From: an uncultured Bacteroidaceae bacterium
Lineage (GTDB): Bacteria > Bacteroidota > Bacteroidia > Bacteroidales > JAADGE01
Direction of reading: 5' to 3'
Length of the DNA stretch: 64,000 nucleotides
Assembly (NCBI GenBank): GCA_964472505.1
Contig: CAYYQW010000011.1
Span: 938-64,937 of the forward strand
Notes under the pieces: generated by a model
Databases searched by the model: none
Told to the model about the DNA's origin: nothing
The model's input: only the letters and a program-made list of their open reading frames with translations
In this document: piece after piece, positions 27,032 through 37,063 of the stretch
How positions within the stretch are numbered: position 1 is the first letter of the stretch
Layout: each line of letters opens with the position of its first letter
Translations under genes and position numbers: made by a program

Positions 27032-29716
27032 ATGAGAAAAAATCGATTTACCATAAAAACTTGGCTGCAATCAACCGCATGGGGAATATTTGCAATTTTT
27101 GCTTTACTCGGCATCATTGTAATCGTGTACGTAAACCTTATCGGGAATTACTATGATATTTTGCAAAAAACCAATCGTTTAGCCTATCTGGAAGCTGAAA
27201 TCAGAAAACTTGAGAAAAATTTCATTTATGAAGAAACCATAAATGACGAATACTACATCAGCCGTAAAAGTAATTATCTGACAGCCATTAACAGCCAAAA
27301 ATCAGAAATAAAAAACTTGATCAAAGAATTAAAATCCAACCGATTTATCAAAAAACAAAATTTCTCGGAAGGTCTTAACTCTTTAGACAGTAATTTTACT
27401 CAGTACGAAGAGACTTTCAGCAATATGGTGGAATCTCTTACAAAAATAGGGTTTAAGGACTACGGGCTTACCGGTGAAATGCGAAAAAAAATTCATGCCG
27501 TTGAAAATTATATAACAAAACTTGATCACGGAAGCCGACTCTCGGTGTATATGCTAACACTCCGACGGCATGAGAAAGATTATTTTCTTAGAAAAGACAG
27601 CAAGTATATTGAGAAATTTAATACGGTAATTGAGGATTTTAATCAATTCATTGATAAGGAAACAGCTTCTGCCAATCTCAATGCCGATGACGGGAAATAT
27701 TTGAAAGATTTGTTGAATGGCTACCAAGATTATTTTAACAAAATTGTAAATCTCGATATTCAAATAGGATTAAACGATAACAGCGGCTTGAAAAATAAGC
27801 TGAATATTACCGTAAGCGACATTGAAACGGCCATAATTCATATACGCAATTCCGTATCGGACATAGCCGACAGAAAAATAAATGAGGCTCTGATATTGCT
27901 TACTTCGGTCGGGGCAATACTCTTGGTAGGGGTTATTATTCTTATGTTGCGGCTTTCAAAACACATATCAAAATCCATTGCCCATGTTCACAAATACATT
28001 ACCATTCTGGGGAAAGGGCAATTACCTTCATTCATTGTCTCAAAACGCAATGACGAAATTTCGGATATGACCGAATCCCTCAATATACTGATAGAGAACT
28101 TGCAAAATACGCGCCGATTTGCCATTGAAGTCGGCACGGGTAATTTGGATACCGACATCAATGTCTTTGACAATAAAGGCGACATCGGCGGAAGCCTGAT
28201 AGAAATGCGCAACCAATTAGCACAGGTAGCCGAAGAACGCGAGCGAACAAAAAAAGAAGCTGACAGGCGGGCGTGGGTCAGCGAGGGCAAGGCGAGAAAT
28301 GCAGAAATACTACGTTCGCCGGGCGATGACCAAAGCAAATTTTATTTCTATCTGCTTACCAATATTGTAGATTATCTCGGAGCTAATATAGGTGCTATAT
28401 ACATAATCAAAGATATTGATAATGAGGACTTAGGATATGAACTTACGGCCGCTATTTCCTACAACCATAATGATACGGACATCTTTTCGGAAACGGATGT
28501 AAAACGAAATACCTATATTTTCAGAGCTATCAAAGAACAGAAAATACTGACTGTCAATAATATCCCAAAAGGAAAGCTAAAACTTAGTTCATCCGTGGTA
28601 GAGTTTGAAATAAACAGTTTGATTGTTTCTCCTTTAAAACTGCGAGCTACTGACAAAATTGTAGGTGCTTTGGAAATTGGAGCGATGAAAAAATTCAAAC
28701 AATATAAGATCGATTTGCTGTTGAGCATCTCAAATGATATTGCCATTGCCGTATCCAATATCATGCACCACCGTAAAACGGAAAGATTGTATAAACATAC
28801 GCGTAAGCAGGCAGAACAATTGGCCGAAAGACAGGAAGAAATTGAACGTCAGAAAGAACTTCTGCAAGAGCAAGCCAAGACGCTTCAGGAATCAAACAAT
28901 TTGTTGGAAATTCAAAAAGAACAAACCGCCGGCAGCATACGTTATGCTAAGAGCATACAAAATGCGGTATTGCCCGATAAAAAAATTCTTGAACGTGCTT
29001 TCCGCAATCATTTTCTTATCTTCAAACCGCGAGATATTGTTTCCGGCGATTTTTACCGCATCATGTTCAGTAGTGATAACGAACGCCCTTTGATTTTCCT
29101 CACCATAGCCGATTGCACCGGGCACGGCGTGCCCGGTGCTTTCATGTCTATGATAGGAAGCATGCTTTTGCAGCAAATAATTGATGCCGATAAAATAACC
29201 GACCCGAAACGTATTTTGAGCATACTTAATGAACGCGTTATTAAGGCCTTACATCAAAATAAAGCAGAGAACACTACCAATACCAACAAAGACGGAATGG
29301 ACATAGCTTTGGTGCGTATAGAGCCTGTCAGCGATAATGATTATAAAATTGTTTTTTCCGGCGGAAAAATTGACATGTACTATTACCGGGTGCAAGAAGA
29401 TAAAACGCTGCAAAAACTCAAAGCCGACAGAAAATCCATAGGCGGCCTTAATACACGCAGCGATAAAGAATTTACCGACTCCGAAATATCACTTTCTTCG
29501 GGCGACAAAATTTATATTTTTTCAGACGGCATCCCCGATCTAAATAACAGTGAACGTAAGCGCTTTTCAAGCAAATCCTTACTTAATCTCCTTAATAGTC
29601 TGAAAGACAAAAAAATGAAGACACAAAAAGCTGCAATTGATAACGAAATTATTCTGCATCAGGGGCAAGAGCCGCAACGTGATGACATGGCACTGATAGC
29701 TTGTGAATTAATTTGA
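27032..29716 (+). CDS. Membrane sensor phosphatase: extracytoplasmic helical sensor domain - HAMP - GAF - coiled coil - PP2C/SpoIIE phosphatase
   Basis: The ATG at 27032 (MRKNRFTIKTWLQ...) is preferred over the track's TTG at 27002. Two TM segments. A HAMP-like segment after TM2. A GAF-like region (IVDYLGANIGAIYIIKD...). Coiled coil (QAEQLAERQEEIERQKELLQEQAKTLQ). PP2C motifs VSGDFYRI, ADCTGHGVPGAFMSMIG, FSDGIPD, QRDDMALI. Confidence 0.85.
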   Translation: MRKNRFTIKTWLQSTAWGIFAIFALLGIIVIVYVNLIGNYYDILQKTNRLAYLEAEIRKLEKNFIYEETINDEYYISRKSNYLTAINSQKSEIKNLIKELKSNRFIKKQNFSEGLNSLDSNFTQYEETFSNMVESLTKIGFKDYGLTGEMRKKIHAVENYITKLDHGSRLSVYMLTLRRHEKDYFLRKDSKYIEKFNTVIEDFNQFIDKETASANLNADDGKYLKDLLNGYQDYFNKIVNLDIQIGLNDNSGLKNKLNITVSDIETAIIHIRNSVSDIADRKINEALILLTSVGAILLVGVIILMLRLSKHISKSIAHVHKYITILGKGQLPSFIVSKRNDEISDMTESLNILIENLQNTRRFAIEVGTGNLDTDINVFDNKGDIGGSLIEMRNQLAQVAEERERTKKEADRRAWVSEGKARNAEILRSPGDDQSKFYFYLLTNIVDYLGANIGAIYIIKDIDNEDLGYELTAAISYNHNDTDIFSETDVKRNTYIFRAIKEQKILTVNNIPKGKLKLSSSVVEFEINSLIVSPLKLRATDKIVGALEIGAMKKFKQYKIDLLLSISNDIAIAVSNIMHHRKTERLYKHTRKQAEQLAERQEEIERQKELLQEQAKTLQESNNLLEIQKEQTAGSIRYAKSIQNAVLPDKKILERAFRNHFLIFKPRDIVSGDFYRIMFSSDNERPLIFLTIADCTGHGVPGAFMSMIGSMLLQQIIDADKITDPKRILSILNERVIKALHQNKAENTTNTNKDGMDIALVRIEPVSDNDYKIVFSGGKIDMYYYRVQEDKTLQKLKADRKSIGGLNTRSDKEFTDSEISLSSGDKIYIFSDGIPDLNNSERKRFSSKSLLNLLNSLKDKKMKTQKAAIDNEIILHQGQEPQRDDMALIACELI

Positions 29717-29770
29717 AAATGTCCTTGCGGATTTGTATAAAAATCTGTTTTTGTATTAGAAGTTCTGAAT

Positions 29771-30409
29771 TCACTCAATGGTTTTCATGTGTACACCGGC
29801 TTCATATTCCGTATTGAAAATCAAATCTTTAACTTTTTGGTAGTCTTCCGCGGAATTAACAAAATCTATGGTATTGGTGTCGATTATCAAAAATGCGAAT
29901 TGTTTTTGATGCTTGAAATATTCAAAGTACCCGTCTTGAATTTTTTGCAGGTATTCGGCACTTATGTTTTGTTCGTAATCGCGCCCGCGGCTTTTAATAT
30001 TTTCTATTAGTTTATCCGTATTTTTATGAAGATATACATACAAATCCGGTTTGGGTAATGAAGAATATATAATGGAGAAAATTCTTCGGTACAGAGCATA
30101 TTCATCTCCGGAGAGTGTATTTTTTCCGAAAATAAGCGATTTCGAAAAGTAATAATCCGAGATAATCAACGAACGGAATACATCTCGGTTGCTGAGTTCA
30201 TTTTTTAGTTGTTGGTATCGATCTGCCAGAAATGACAGTTCAAGTTGAAAGGAATAATGCTCCGGTTCATCATAAAATTTGGCCAAAAAGGGATTATCTG
30301 CAAACTGTTCATATACGGCTTTTGCGTTATAATCGGCTTTCAGCATTTTGGTAAGCGACGTTTTTCCGGCACCTATATTACCTTCTATCACTATAAATTT
30401 GTGCTCCAT
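29771..30409 (-). CDS. Deoxynucleoside kinase (dAK/dGK/dCK family)
   Basis: 212 aa. P-loop IVIEGNIGAGKTSL. ERS-like region and family-typical YEQFADNPFLAKFY, DRYQ. Confidence 0.9.
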   Translation of the reverse strand: MEHKFIVIEGNIGAGKTSLTKMLKADYNAKAVYEQFADNPFLAKFYDEPEHYSFQLELSFLADRYQQLKNELSNRDVFRSLIISDYYFSKSLIFGKNTLSGDEYALYRRIFSIIYSSLPKPDLYVYLHKNTDKLIENIKSRGRDYEQNISAEYLQKIQDGYFEYFKHQKQFAFLIIDTNTIDFVNSAEDYQKVKDLIFNTEYEAGVHMKTIE

Positions 30410-30499
30410 ATAAAGTATCTTAATCTGTATTTCCGGTTATTATTATCTTCGGCTACACGGTATTGCCCCAAAAGGGTTCGAGTTTAAAAAATTTCTGCA

Positions 30500-30540
30500 T
30501 AAAAAAAGCCTGCAAAAGGTTAACCCCGTTGCAGGCTTTT
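30500..30540 (-). terminator. Bidirectional-looking intrinsic terminator after the prolyl oligopeptidase gene
   Basis: agcctgcaa / ttgcaggct 9-bp stem flanked by A7 (left) and T4 (right), 11 nt after the stop at 30551. Confidence 0.7.
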
Positions 30541-30550
30541 AATAATTAGT

Positions 30551-32671
30551 TTATTGATACGGATTTACATCCATATTTCTGTAAATAAATGAAAAAATAT
30601 CGGCAGCTTCTTCAATTCGTTTGCTGACCGGTTTACCGGCTCCGTGTCCGGCTTTGGTTTCTATCCGAATCATAACCGGATTATCCCCTGTATATTTTTC
30701 CTGCAAAGTAGCTATGTATTTGAATGAGTGCGCAGGAACCACACGGTCGTCATGGTCGGCAGTAATGACTAACACCGCCGGGTATTCTGCATCTTCGCTA
30801 ATGTTGTGCAAGGGCGAATACTTATAAAGGTGTTTAAACATGGCAGAATCTTCGCTAAGCCCGTAATCGGAGCGCCATGCACGTCCAATGGTAAAGTGTT
30901 GATAGCGCAGCATATCCATAACCCCGACATGCGGTATGGCTACCTCAAATAATTCAGGACGTTGGTTGCTTACGGCTCCCACAAGCAAGCCTCCGTTTGA
31001 ACCGCCTTCTATGGCCAGTTTATCGGAATTGGTGTATTTATCGTCAATTAGATATTCGGCTGCGGCAATAAAGTCGTCAAACACATTTTGCTTGTTTTCC
31101 AAAGTACCGGCTTTATGCCATTTTTCGCCGTATTCTCCACCGCCTCTGAGGTTTGCAACGGCATATACACCACCGTTTTCTAACCATATCATTCGCGTAA
31201 TGCTGAAGTTAGGTGTTAAGCTAATGTTGAATCCTCCGTAACCGTAAAGCAGGGTGGGATTGTCGCCTGTTTTTTCTACATCTTTTTTATGCGTGATGAA
31301 CATGGGGATTTTAGTACCGTCTTTGCTTTCGTAGAAAACTTGCTCGGTGGTATAGTTCTCAAAATCAATACCTTTGATGTCCGGTTGACGATAGATTTCT
31401 GAATCACCGGTTTCAAAATCGTATTTATAAACAACCGTAGGTATTGTGTACGAGCTGAAAGAATAAAATGCAGTGTTTTCGCCTTTTTTTGCCGAAAATC
31501 CGCCCATGCTTCCAATGCCGGGAAGTTCAAATTTTTCGGCATTAGCCCCTTCTAAATCGAGCATTTTCACAAGGCTGTGTGCATCATGCATGTAGTGAGC
31601 AATTAGTTTATCGGCTCCTACGGTGCACGAACGTAAAACCTCTTCGGCTTCCGGAATTATTTCTGTCCAATTTTCTTTTCCCGGATTGTTCGGGTCCACG
31701 GCTATTAATCGGTATTTCGGAGCATCGGCGTTGGTGCGTATGTATAATTTTCCGTTAATATGGTCTATCGGGCCAAAATCAGAATCAAAACCAGTTTGAA
31801 TGGCTTTAAAGTTGAGATTATTTAAATCCATTTCGCTAAAATACAAAGCATTTCCACTGGTGCTTTCGCTTTCGCTCAGGAAAATGTATTTCTCGTCTTC
31901 CGAAATGCCTACCCCGTACATATAGTTCGGTTGTTTGGGGTTTTCATGAATCAAAATGTCATCGCTTTGTTTGGTTCCGATTTTATGATAATATACTTTT
32001 TGAAATTGGTTAGCCTGTGAAAGTTCTTGGTTTTCTTCCGGATCGGGATATCGGCTGTAGAAGAATCCGTCTTTGTACCATTGAATGCCCGAAAACTTAA
32101 CGTGTTTAATATGATCATCGGTTTCTTCGCCGGTTTCAATGTTTTTTACAAAAATTTCCTGCCAATCGGAACCTCCGGTAGATACGGCGTATGCCAATAA
32201 TTTTCCGTCGTCCGAAACTGACAGATTGGAAAGTGCTTTTGTGCCGTCTTCCGAAAGCCGGTTGGGGTCAAGCAGTTCTTGTGCTTCGGCATCTAAGCTT
32301 TCTTGCATAAATAAAACACTCTGATTTTGTAATCCGTCATTTTTAAAGAAGAAATATTTTCCGCCTTCTTTAAAAGGTGTCGAATACCTTTCGTAGTTGT
32401 AAATTTCTGTAAGCCGTTCCTTAATTTTTTCACGAAACGGAATTTCATTCAAAAAAGCAAAGGTAACTTCGTTCTGGGCTTTTACCCAAGCCTCGGTTTC
32501 TTCAGAGTTATCGTCTTCAAGCCAACGATAAGGGTCTTCTACTTTTGTGCCGAAATAATCGTCCACAATGGTATCTTTACGTGTTTCGGGATAATTGTAT
32601 GCTGCTTCGTCTTTACACGAGAAGAAGAACAATACCAAGAAAACACTTGCAATGCTTGTAATTTGTTTCAT
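30551..32671 (-). CDS. Prolyl oligopeptidase (peptidase S9A)
   Basis: 706 aa with a lipoprotein-like signal (FFFSC). N-terminus YPETRKDTIVDDYFGTKVEDPYRWLED. Beta-propeller. Catalytic GGSNGGLL, plus D and H (KAGHGAGKP) in the C-terminal hydrolase domain. Confidence 0.95.
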   Translation of the reverse strand: MKQITSIASVFLVLFFFSCKDEAAYNYPETRKDTIVDDYFGTKVEDPYRWLEDDNSEETEAWVKAQNEVTFAFLNEIPFREKIKERLTEIYNYERYSTPFKEGGKYFFFKNDGLQNQSVLFMQESLDAEAQELLDPNRLSEDGTKALSNLSVSDDGKLLAYAVSTGGSDWQEIFVKNIETGEETDDHIKHVKFSGIQWYKDGFFYSRYPDPEENQELSQANQFQKVYYHKIGTKQSDDILIHENPKQPNYMYGVGISEDEKYIFLSESESTSGNALYFSEMDLNNLNFKAIQTGFDSDFGPIDHINGKLYIRTNADAPKYRLIAVDPNNPGKENWTEIIPEAEEVLRSCTVGADKLIAHYMHDAHSLVKMLDLEGANAEKFELPGIGSMGGFSAKKGENTAFYSFSSYTIPTVVYKYDFETGDSEIYRQPDIKGIDFENYTTEQVFYESKDGTKIPMFITHKKDVEKTGDNPTLLYGYGGFNISLTPNFSITRMIWLENGGVYAVANLRGGGEYGEKWHKAGTLENKQNVFDDFIAAAEYLIDDKYTNSDKLAIEGGSNGGLLVGAVSNQRPELFEVAIPHVGVMDMLRYQHFTIGRAWRSDYGLSEDSAMFKHLYKYSPLHNISEDAEYPAVLVITADHDDRVVPAHSFKYIATLQEKYTGDNPVMIRIETKAGHGAGKPVSKRIEEAADIFSFIYRNMDVNPYQ

Positions 32672-32704
32672 AAATATAAATTTTGATTAATAATAAATTG
32701 GAAA

Positions 32705-33199
32705 TCAGAGAATAAGATTTTGTTTCTTTTGCTTTTTATCAATGCTTGCTCCGTAAAAATAGCCGGCAAAAAGGCCCAGTAAAAAGCCTATTATAAGGGC
32801 ATGGAACAGAAATTCCGGGAAAAACAGCAAACTAAGCCCTCCGGCCAAAATAATGCCTGCTGCAAAACCCGCCAACGAATAAATTGACATAAAATAGTTA
32901 TGCGGATAAAGTTGATGTTCTTTTCTGAGATGTTCAGCCAGAGCATCGTTTCGTTTTTCGTAGGCTTTTCTTTCTCCGGGGCTGCCGTTGATGTATTCCG
33001 GCAGACGTTCTACAATATCTTCGGTTTCGCTTTTTAGCTTTTGGCAGCTTTCACAGCTTTCTGAAAATTCATCCAATCGTTCAGCCATACGTTCTAAGCG
33101 ATCAACTTTAAAAAATTTATAATCGCTTCTGTAGAAGTTCTTTTTTTGCGCTTCAATCCGGCGTTTAATTCCTACAGACCATGTTTTAAGGTTTGACAT
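32705..33199 (-). CDS. Hypothetical membrane protein (cytoplasmic helical N-domain with one CxxC, two C-terminal TM helices)
   Basis: 164-aa ORF containing SCESCQKL and hydrophobic segments SLAGFAAGIILAGGLSLLFF and ALIIGFLLGLFAGYFYG. No family recognised. Confidence 0.6.
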   Translation of the reverse strand: MSNLKTWSVGIKRRIEAQKKNFYRSDYKFFKVDRLERMAERLDEFSESCESCQKLKSETEDIVERLPEYINGSPGERKAYEKRNDALAEHLRKEHQLYPHNYFMSIYSLAGFAAGIILAGGLSLLFFPEFLFHALIIGFLLGLFAGYFYGASIDKKQKKQNLIL

Positions 33200-33290
33200 A
33201 TTGTTTTTTGTATTTTTAATAGATTCCGGCAGAAAAGACCTACTAAAAATAAAGTACGTTTTTTCTGCCGGTCGGTTATTTTGTAATGCT

Positions 33291-34574
33291 TTAATCTTGT
33301 TTAAATAAAGGGTATTTTTCCATCATTTCATTCACTTCTTTTCTTACTTTTTGAATGAGATCAGTGTTTTCGGGGTCTGTAATTACTTTGTCAGCAAGTT
33401 CAGCTATGGGTTTCATAAGATCTTCGTTAACTCCCCTTGTAGTAATGGCGGCTGTTCCAACGCGTATGCCTGATGTTTGGAAAGGCGAACGGTCGTCGAA
33501 AGGCACCATGTTTTTATTCAGTGTGATATCCGCTTTTTCAAGTGCTTTTTCCACCACTTTGCCGCTTGTTTCGGGTACTTTGGTCCGGAGGTCTATAAGC
33601 ATTGAATGGTTATCGGTTCCGTCGGAAATTACTTTATATCCTAAGTCTATAAAAGCTTTCGCTAAAGTATTTGCATTAGCCAGTACTTGTTTTTGATAGC
33701 TTTTAAATTCATCGGTAAGCGCTTCTCCAAAGGCAACGGCTTTGGCTGCAATTACGTGCTCCAGCGGCCCGCCCTGTGTTCCCGGGAAAACGGCAGAATC
33801 GAGTACGGAAGACAGATTTCTGATTTTTCCTTTGGATGTTTTCTTGCCCATTGGGTTTGGCATATCTTCGCCAATAAGAATCATGCCGCCTCGCGGCCCG
33901 CGAAGGGTTTTGTGAGTTGTAGTGGTAACAATATGCGCGTGCGGAAAAGGGTTTTTTAAAAGCCCGGCTGCAATTAAACCTGCCGGATGAGCAATATCAA
34001 ACATCAGCAGAGCATCAATTTTATCGGCAATTTCGCGCATACGTTTGTAATCCCAATCTCTGGAATAGGCAGATGCTCCGCCTATAATAAGCTTAGGCTT
34101 TTCTTTGAGTGCAATGCTCTCCAGTTCATCGTAGTCAACCCGCCCGGTTTCTTCTTTTACATTGTATGATACCGCATTGTATAGAATTCCAGAGTAGTTT
34201 ACAAATGAGCCGTGCGTAAGATGCCCGCCGTGCGACAGGTTAAGCCCCAGGAAGGTGTCGCCGGGATTCAGCACGGCCAACATAACCGCTGCATTGGCTT
34301 GTGCTCCCGAATGAGGCTGTACATTGACCCATGAAGCATTAAATAATTCCTTAGCCCGGTCAATGGCGAGTTGCTCCGTTTGATCCACTATTTGACAGCC
34401 GCCGTAATAACGTTTGCCGGGGTAGCCTTCGGCATATTTGTTGGTAAGTACCGAGCCCATGGCTTCTAAAACCTGTTCACTTACAAAGTTTTCCGAAGCA
34501 ATAAGTTCTATACCGCGCATTTGGCGTTTTCTTTCTTGTTTGATGAGTTCAAAAATTTGTGTATCTCGCATCAT
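33291..34574 (-). CDS. glyA: Serine hydroxymethyltransferase
   Basis: 427 aa. [21 protein letters not shown]-lysine motif [14 protein letters not shown]. Confidence 0.97.
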   Translation of the reverse strand: MMRDTQIFELIKQERKRQMRGIELIASENFVSEQVLEAMGSVLTNKYAEGYPGKRYYGGCQIVDQTEQLAIDRAKELFNASWVNVQPHSGAQANAAVMLAVLNPGDTFLGLNLSHGGHLTHGSFVNYSGILYNAVSYNVKEETGRVDYDELESIALKEKPKLIIGGASAYSRDWDYKRMREIADKIDALLMFDIAHPAGLIAAGLLKNPFPHAHIVTTTTHKTLRGPRGGMILIGEDMPNPMGKKTSKGKIRNLSSVLDSAVFPGTQGGPLEHVIAAKAVAFGEALTDEFKSYQKQVLANANTLAKAFIDLGYKVISDGTDNHSMLIDLRTKVPETSGKVVEKALEKADITLNKNMVPFDDRSPFQTSGIRVGTAAITTRGVNEDLMKPIAELADKVITDPENTDLIQKVRKEVNEMMEKYPLFKQD

Positions 34575-34980
34575 ATTTTTATATGTTTTTATTATTAATA
34601 TAACTGTGTTTTGAATATTCGGGAGCGGTACTTACAAGATATTAAAAAATGGGTATAAGGAGTTTTCGGAATTTTTGTTTTGCTTTTATTTGTTCCTGAT
34701 AATAAGTGCTCTTTAATGTCGGCTAATCAATTAAATAATGTTTGTAAAAAACAACTCTCTCGCTACAAACTTAATCAATTTTCCGGCTTCTGAAAACAAA
34801 TTTGAGCCGTTTTTTGTAATTGCATGTAAGGAGTAAATTACAGTATATATGTTTTTAAAGCCGGAATTATGCAACTAATTATATTTTTTTGCGTAAGCGT
34901 AATGAGAAAATAAATAAAACATACAATAAAACAGCTTGGAAATAAGTTTTATAAATGTATGTAAAACAAATCAAAAGCTG

Positions 34981-34988
34981 TATATTTG
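34981..34988 (+). promoter_or_regulatory. Candidate -7 box (TATATTTG) for the small lipoprotein gene
   Basis: Exact TAnnTTTG match 35 nt upstream of the ATG at 35023. Confidence 0.45.
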
Positions 34989-35022
34989 CATTAAGGAAGC
35001 AATATTTTAAAAAATCAGGATT

Positions 35023-35205
35023 ATGAAAAAACTTATTACACTTTCAGCGGCACTTTTATTTATCGGAGTTCTAACGCTAACATCTTGCAGCTCAAATCGA
35101 TCATTGTGCCCGGCATATCCGCCTTCAAGTTATCAAGGTGATGCCGATACGGATACTCAGAATACAGAAGATGTTTTAATTATTGAGAAGCAGAAAAACT
35201 TATAG
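35023..35205 (+). CDS. Small (60-aa) predicted lipoprotein
   Basis: MKKLITLSAALLFIGVLTLTSC carries a lipobox (LTSC). The mature ~39-aa peptide has a CPAY motif and an acidic tail. It has its own promoter-like box and terminator. Confidence 0.6.
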   Translation: MKKLITLSAALLFIGVLTLTSCSSNRSLCPAYPPSSYQGDADTDTQNTEDVLIIEKQKNL

Positions 35206-35239
35206 TTTCTTTTTTTTAATTCATTTATTATGTAATTTT

Positions 35240-35270
35240 AAAGTTTGTAATTTATTTACAAACTTTTTTT
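35240..35270 (+). terminator. Rho-independent terminator after the small lipoprotein gene
   Basis: aaagtttgtaa-tttat-ttacaaacttt, an 11-bp stem, followed by tttt. It abuts the next gene's start. Confidence 0.7.
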
Positions 35271-35274
35271 GCTT

Positions 35275-36027
35275 ATGAGCCCATATCTAAAAATATTTAT
35301 ACTTATTGGTGCATTGCTTTTTGCATCTGCGGAAGCTTTTGCTCAGGGCGAGATCGATGAAGAAAGTAAAATACTGTTTCGTAACGAAAAATCGTATGGT
35401 GTTACGCTGAACACTAACGGCTGGGGCGCCGGCTATAGATTTGGGAAACGCATAAACGCTCGAAAAAAATGGTTGTTCGAAGGTGATATTAATTACATGA
35501 AACATCCAAAAGAGCGAAAAGATTTCAATTACTACAGCACTTCATTCAGCCGATTTGTTTACGGGAAAACCAATGCAGCCGTGAACCTTCGCTTTGGCAT
35601 AGGGCGTCAGAATGAGCTTTTCGAAAAGTTCGACAAAAGCAGCATCTCTGTAAGGTTTGTTTGGAATGTGGGTTTGTCTTCTGTATTTCTAAAACCAATA
35701 TATTACAAAATTTTAGAGGATGAGTTTTTCGTTGTAAAGAAATACGAGGAAGGTATTCCTTTTTTCTATATTTGGGAGCGTGCGCCTTTTTATAAAGGTT
35801 TGGATGAAATACGAGTTATCCCCGGCGGTTTTGCCAAGGCCGGGATGAGTTTTGAATTCAGTAAAACCGATAAAAAGCTCAATATTCTTGAAACCGGCTT
35901 GTTTGTAGAAGCTTATCCAAAGCGCATTGAGATAATGGCTAATGATATGAATCAATTTCTTATCACCGGAGTTTATTTCTCATTTCGTTTCGGAAAAGTG
36001 GAAAGCAGCTACCACATTGAAGAGTAA
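35275..36027 (+). CDS. Hypothetical secreted/outer-membrane protein (beta-rich)
   Basis: The ATG at 35275 is preferred (MSPYLKIFILIGALLFASAEAFAQ signal peptide). It shows alternating-hydrophobic beta-strand patterns and ends ...GVYFSFRFGKVESSYHIEE. Confidence 0.7.
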   Translation: MSPYLKIFILIGALLFASAEAFAQGEIDEESKILFRNEKSYGVTLNTNGWGAGYRFGKRINARKKWLFEGDINYMKHPKERKDFNYYSTSFSRFVYGKTNAAVNLRFGIGRQNELFEKFDKSSISVRFVWNVGLSSVFLKPIYYKILEDEFFVVKKYEEGIPFFYIWERAPFYKGLDEIRVIPGGFAKAGMSFEFSKTDKKLNILETGLFVEAYPKRIEIMANDMNQFLITGVYFSFRFGKVESSYHIEE

Positions 36028-36042
36028 TTTTCAGAAAGTAAT

Positions 36043-36774
36043 TTATACATTTTTATTAGGAGGCTTTTGTTTTGTGCGCGCTATACGCGGCGGGTTGATA
36101 TATAGCTTATCTTTTTCAAGCCTAAATTCGCTAAGGCTAATCTTTTTATCTTCAGCCAGAAATTGTTTTTCGTAAAAAGTTTGAATGTTGTAACAGCGTT
36201 CGCTTTGTTTTTCGCCGTAGATGTCTTTTGATGCAAAAATGAGCGGAATATTATTCAGCTTTATTATTTTTTGTGTAAAATCGAACAGATGCACGCTGTC
36301 GGTTTTCAAAATCGCTTTTCCGTCGGTTTGCAATATGCTTTTATAGTTATTCAGAAATCGTTTTGAAGTAAGTTTCTTCTTGTCTTTTTTTATTTGCGGA
36401 TCGGGAAATGTTATCCAAATTTCACTTATCTCATCTTCCGCAAAAAATGAATTAATAAATTCAATTTTATTTCTTATAAAAGCTACATTGCTTAAGTTAT
36501 TCTCTTCTGTTGTTTTACAGCCTCTCCAGAGTCTGGCACCTTTATAATCAATGCCGATAAAATTTTTGTTCGGAAATATTTGTGCCATTCCGGTAGTGTA
36601 TTCACCTTTTCCGCAACCTACTTCCAATACTGTGGGGTTATCGTTTTTAAAAAAATGACTGTTCCATTTGCCTTTTAAATAAAAGTCATGCTTATGCATA
36701 TCATGCGGACGCGGCTGAAACAAAAAGTCAAAAGTTTTGTTTTCGGCAAAGCGTTCTAATTTATTTTTTCCCAT
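36043..36774 (-). CDS. trmB: tRNA (guanine46-N7)-methyltransferase
   Basis: MGKNKLERFAENKTFDFLFQP..., SAM motif LEVGCGKGEYT, ...WITFPDPQ. The start was trimmed from 36954 to the ATG at 36774. The upstream 60 codons look non-coding (AT-rich, no family match). Confidence 0.9.
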   Translation of the reverse strand: MGKNKLERFAENKTFDFLFQPRPHDMHKHDFYLKGKWNSHFFKNDNPTVLEVGCGKGEYTTGMAQIFPNKNFIGIDYKGARLWRGCKTTEENNLSNVAFIRNKIEFINSFFAEDEISEIWITFPDPQIKKDKKKLTSKRFLNNYKSILQTDGKAILKTDSVHLFDFTQKIIKLNNIPLIFASKDIYGEKQSERCYNIQTFYEKQFLAEDKKISLSEFRLEKDKLYINPPRIARTKQKPPNKNV

Positions 36775-37063
36775 TTTCAGATACTTCCTTGAGTTTCGGC
36801 AAAAATACATGAAATTCCTCAAATTTTTTAAAAATCTTATAGAGAATTCAATATTCTTCGGAAAAGCGTTTAAATTTTCTTTTGGGTTTTTTAAAAAAAT
36901 AACTTGAAAAATTTTGCTGTTATCTAAAAATTTATTATATTTATCTAAAATCAATTATAAGAGCTTTTTTTAGGTTTAAATTGATTACCAGTTGTTTATA
37001 TATTTAATGGCATAGTTGTCTAAAGAAATAATATACCAAATTAATAATTAAAAGAACAAGATT

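Noticed and set aside
30421-30500. tRNA-like string (gggttcgagtt) and other searches for tRNA/rRNA/tmRNA/RNase P/SRP RNA
   Set aside because: There is no acceptor stem or anticodon arm around the T-loop-like string. I found no conserved RNase P, SRP or tmRNA motifs in any intergenic region by eye. A covariance-model scan would be needed to be sure.
34575-35022. ZTP (pfl) or THF riboswitch upstream of glyA
   Set aside because: The reverse-strand leader lacks the conserved GC-rich pfl pseudoknot elements (no CCGCCTGGGC-like string) and is almost entirely AT-rich.
36775-36954. N-terminal extensions suggested by longest-ORF calls (trmB to 36954; also tag to 39172, lipA to 44482, GT from 52424, mnmE to 22767, DUF4924-like to 41710)
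   Set aside because: The extra residues are AT-rich and hydrophobic or nonsensical, and they are absent from the well-known family N-termini. Internal ATGs give canonical starts.
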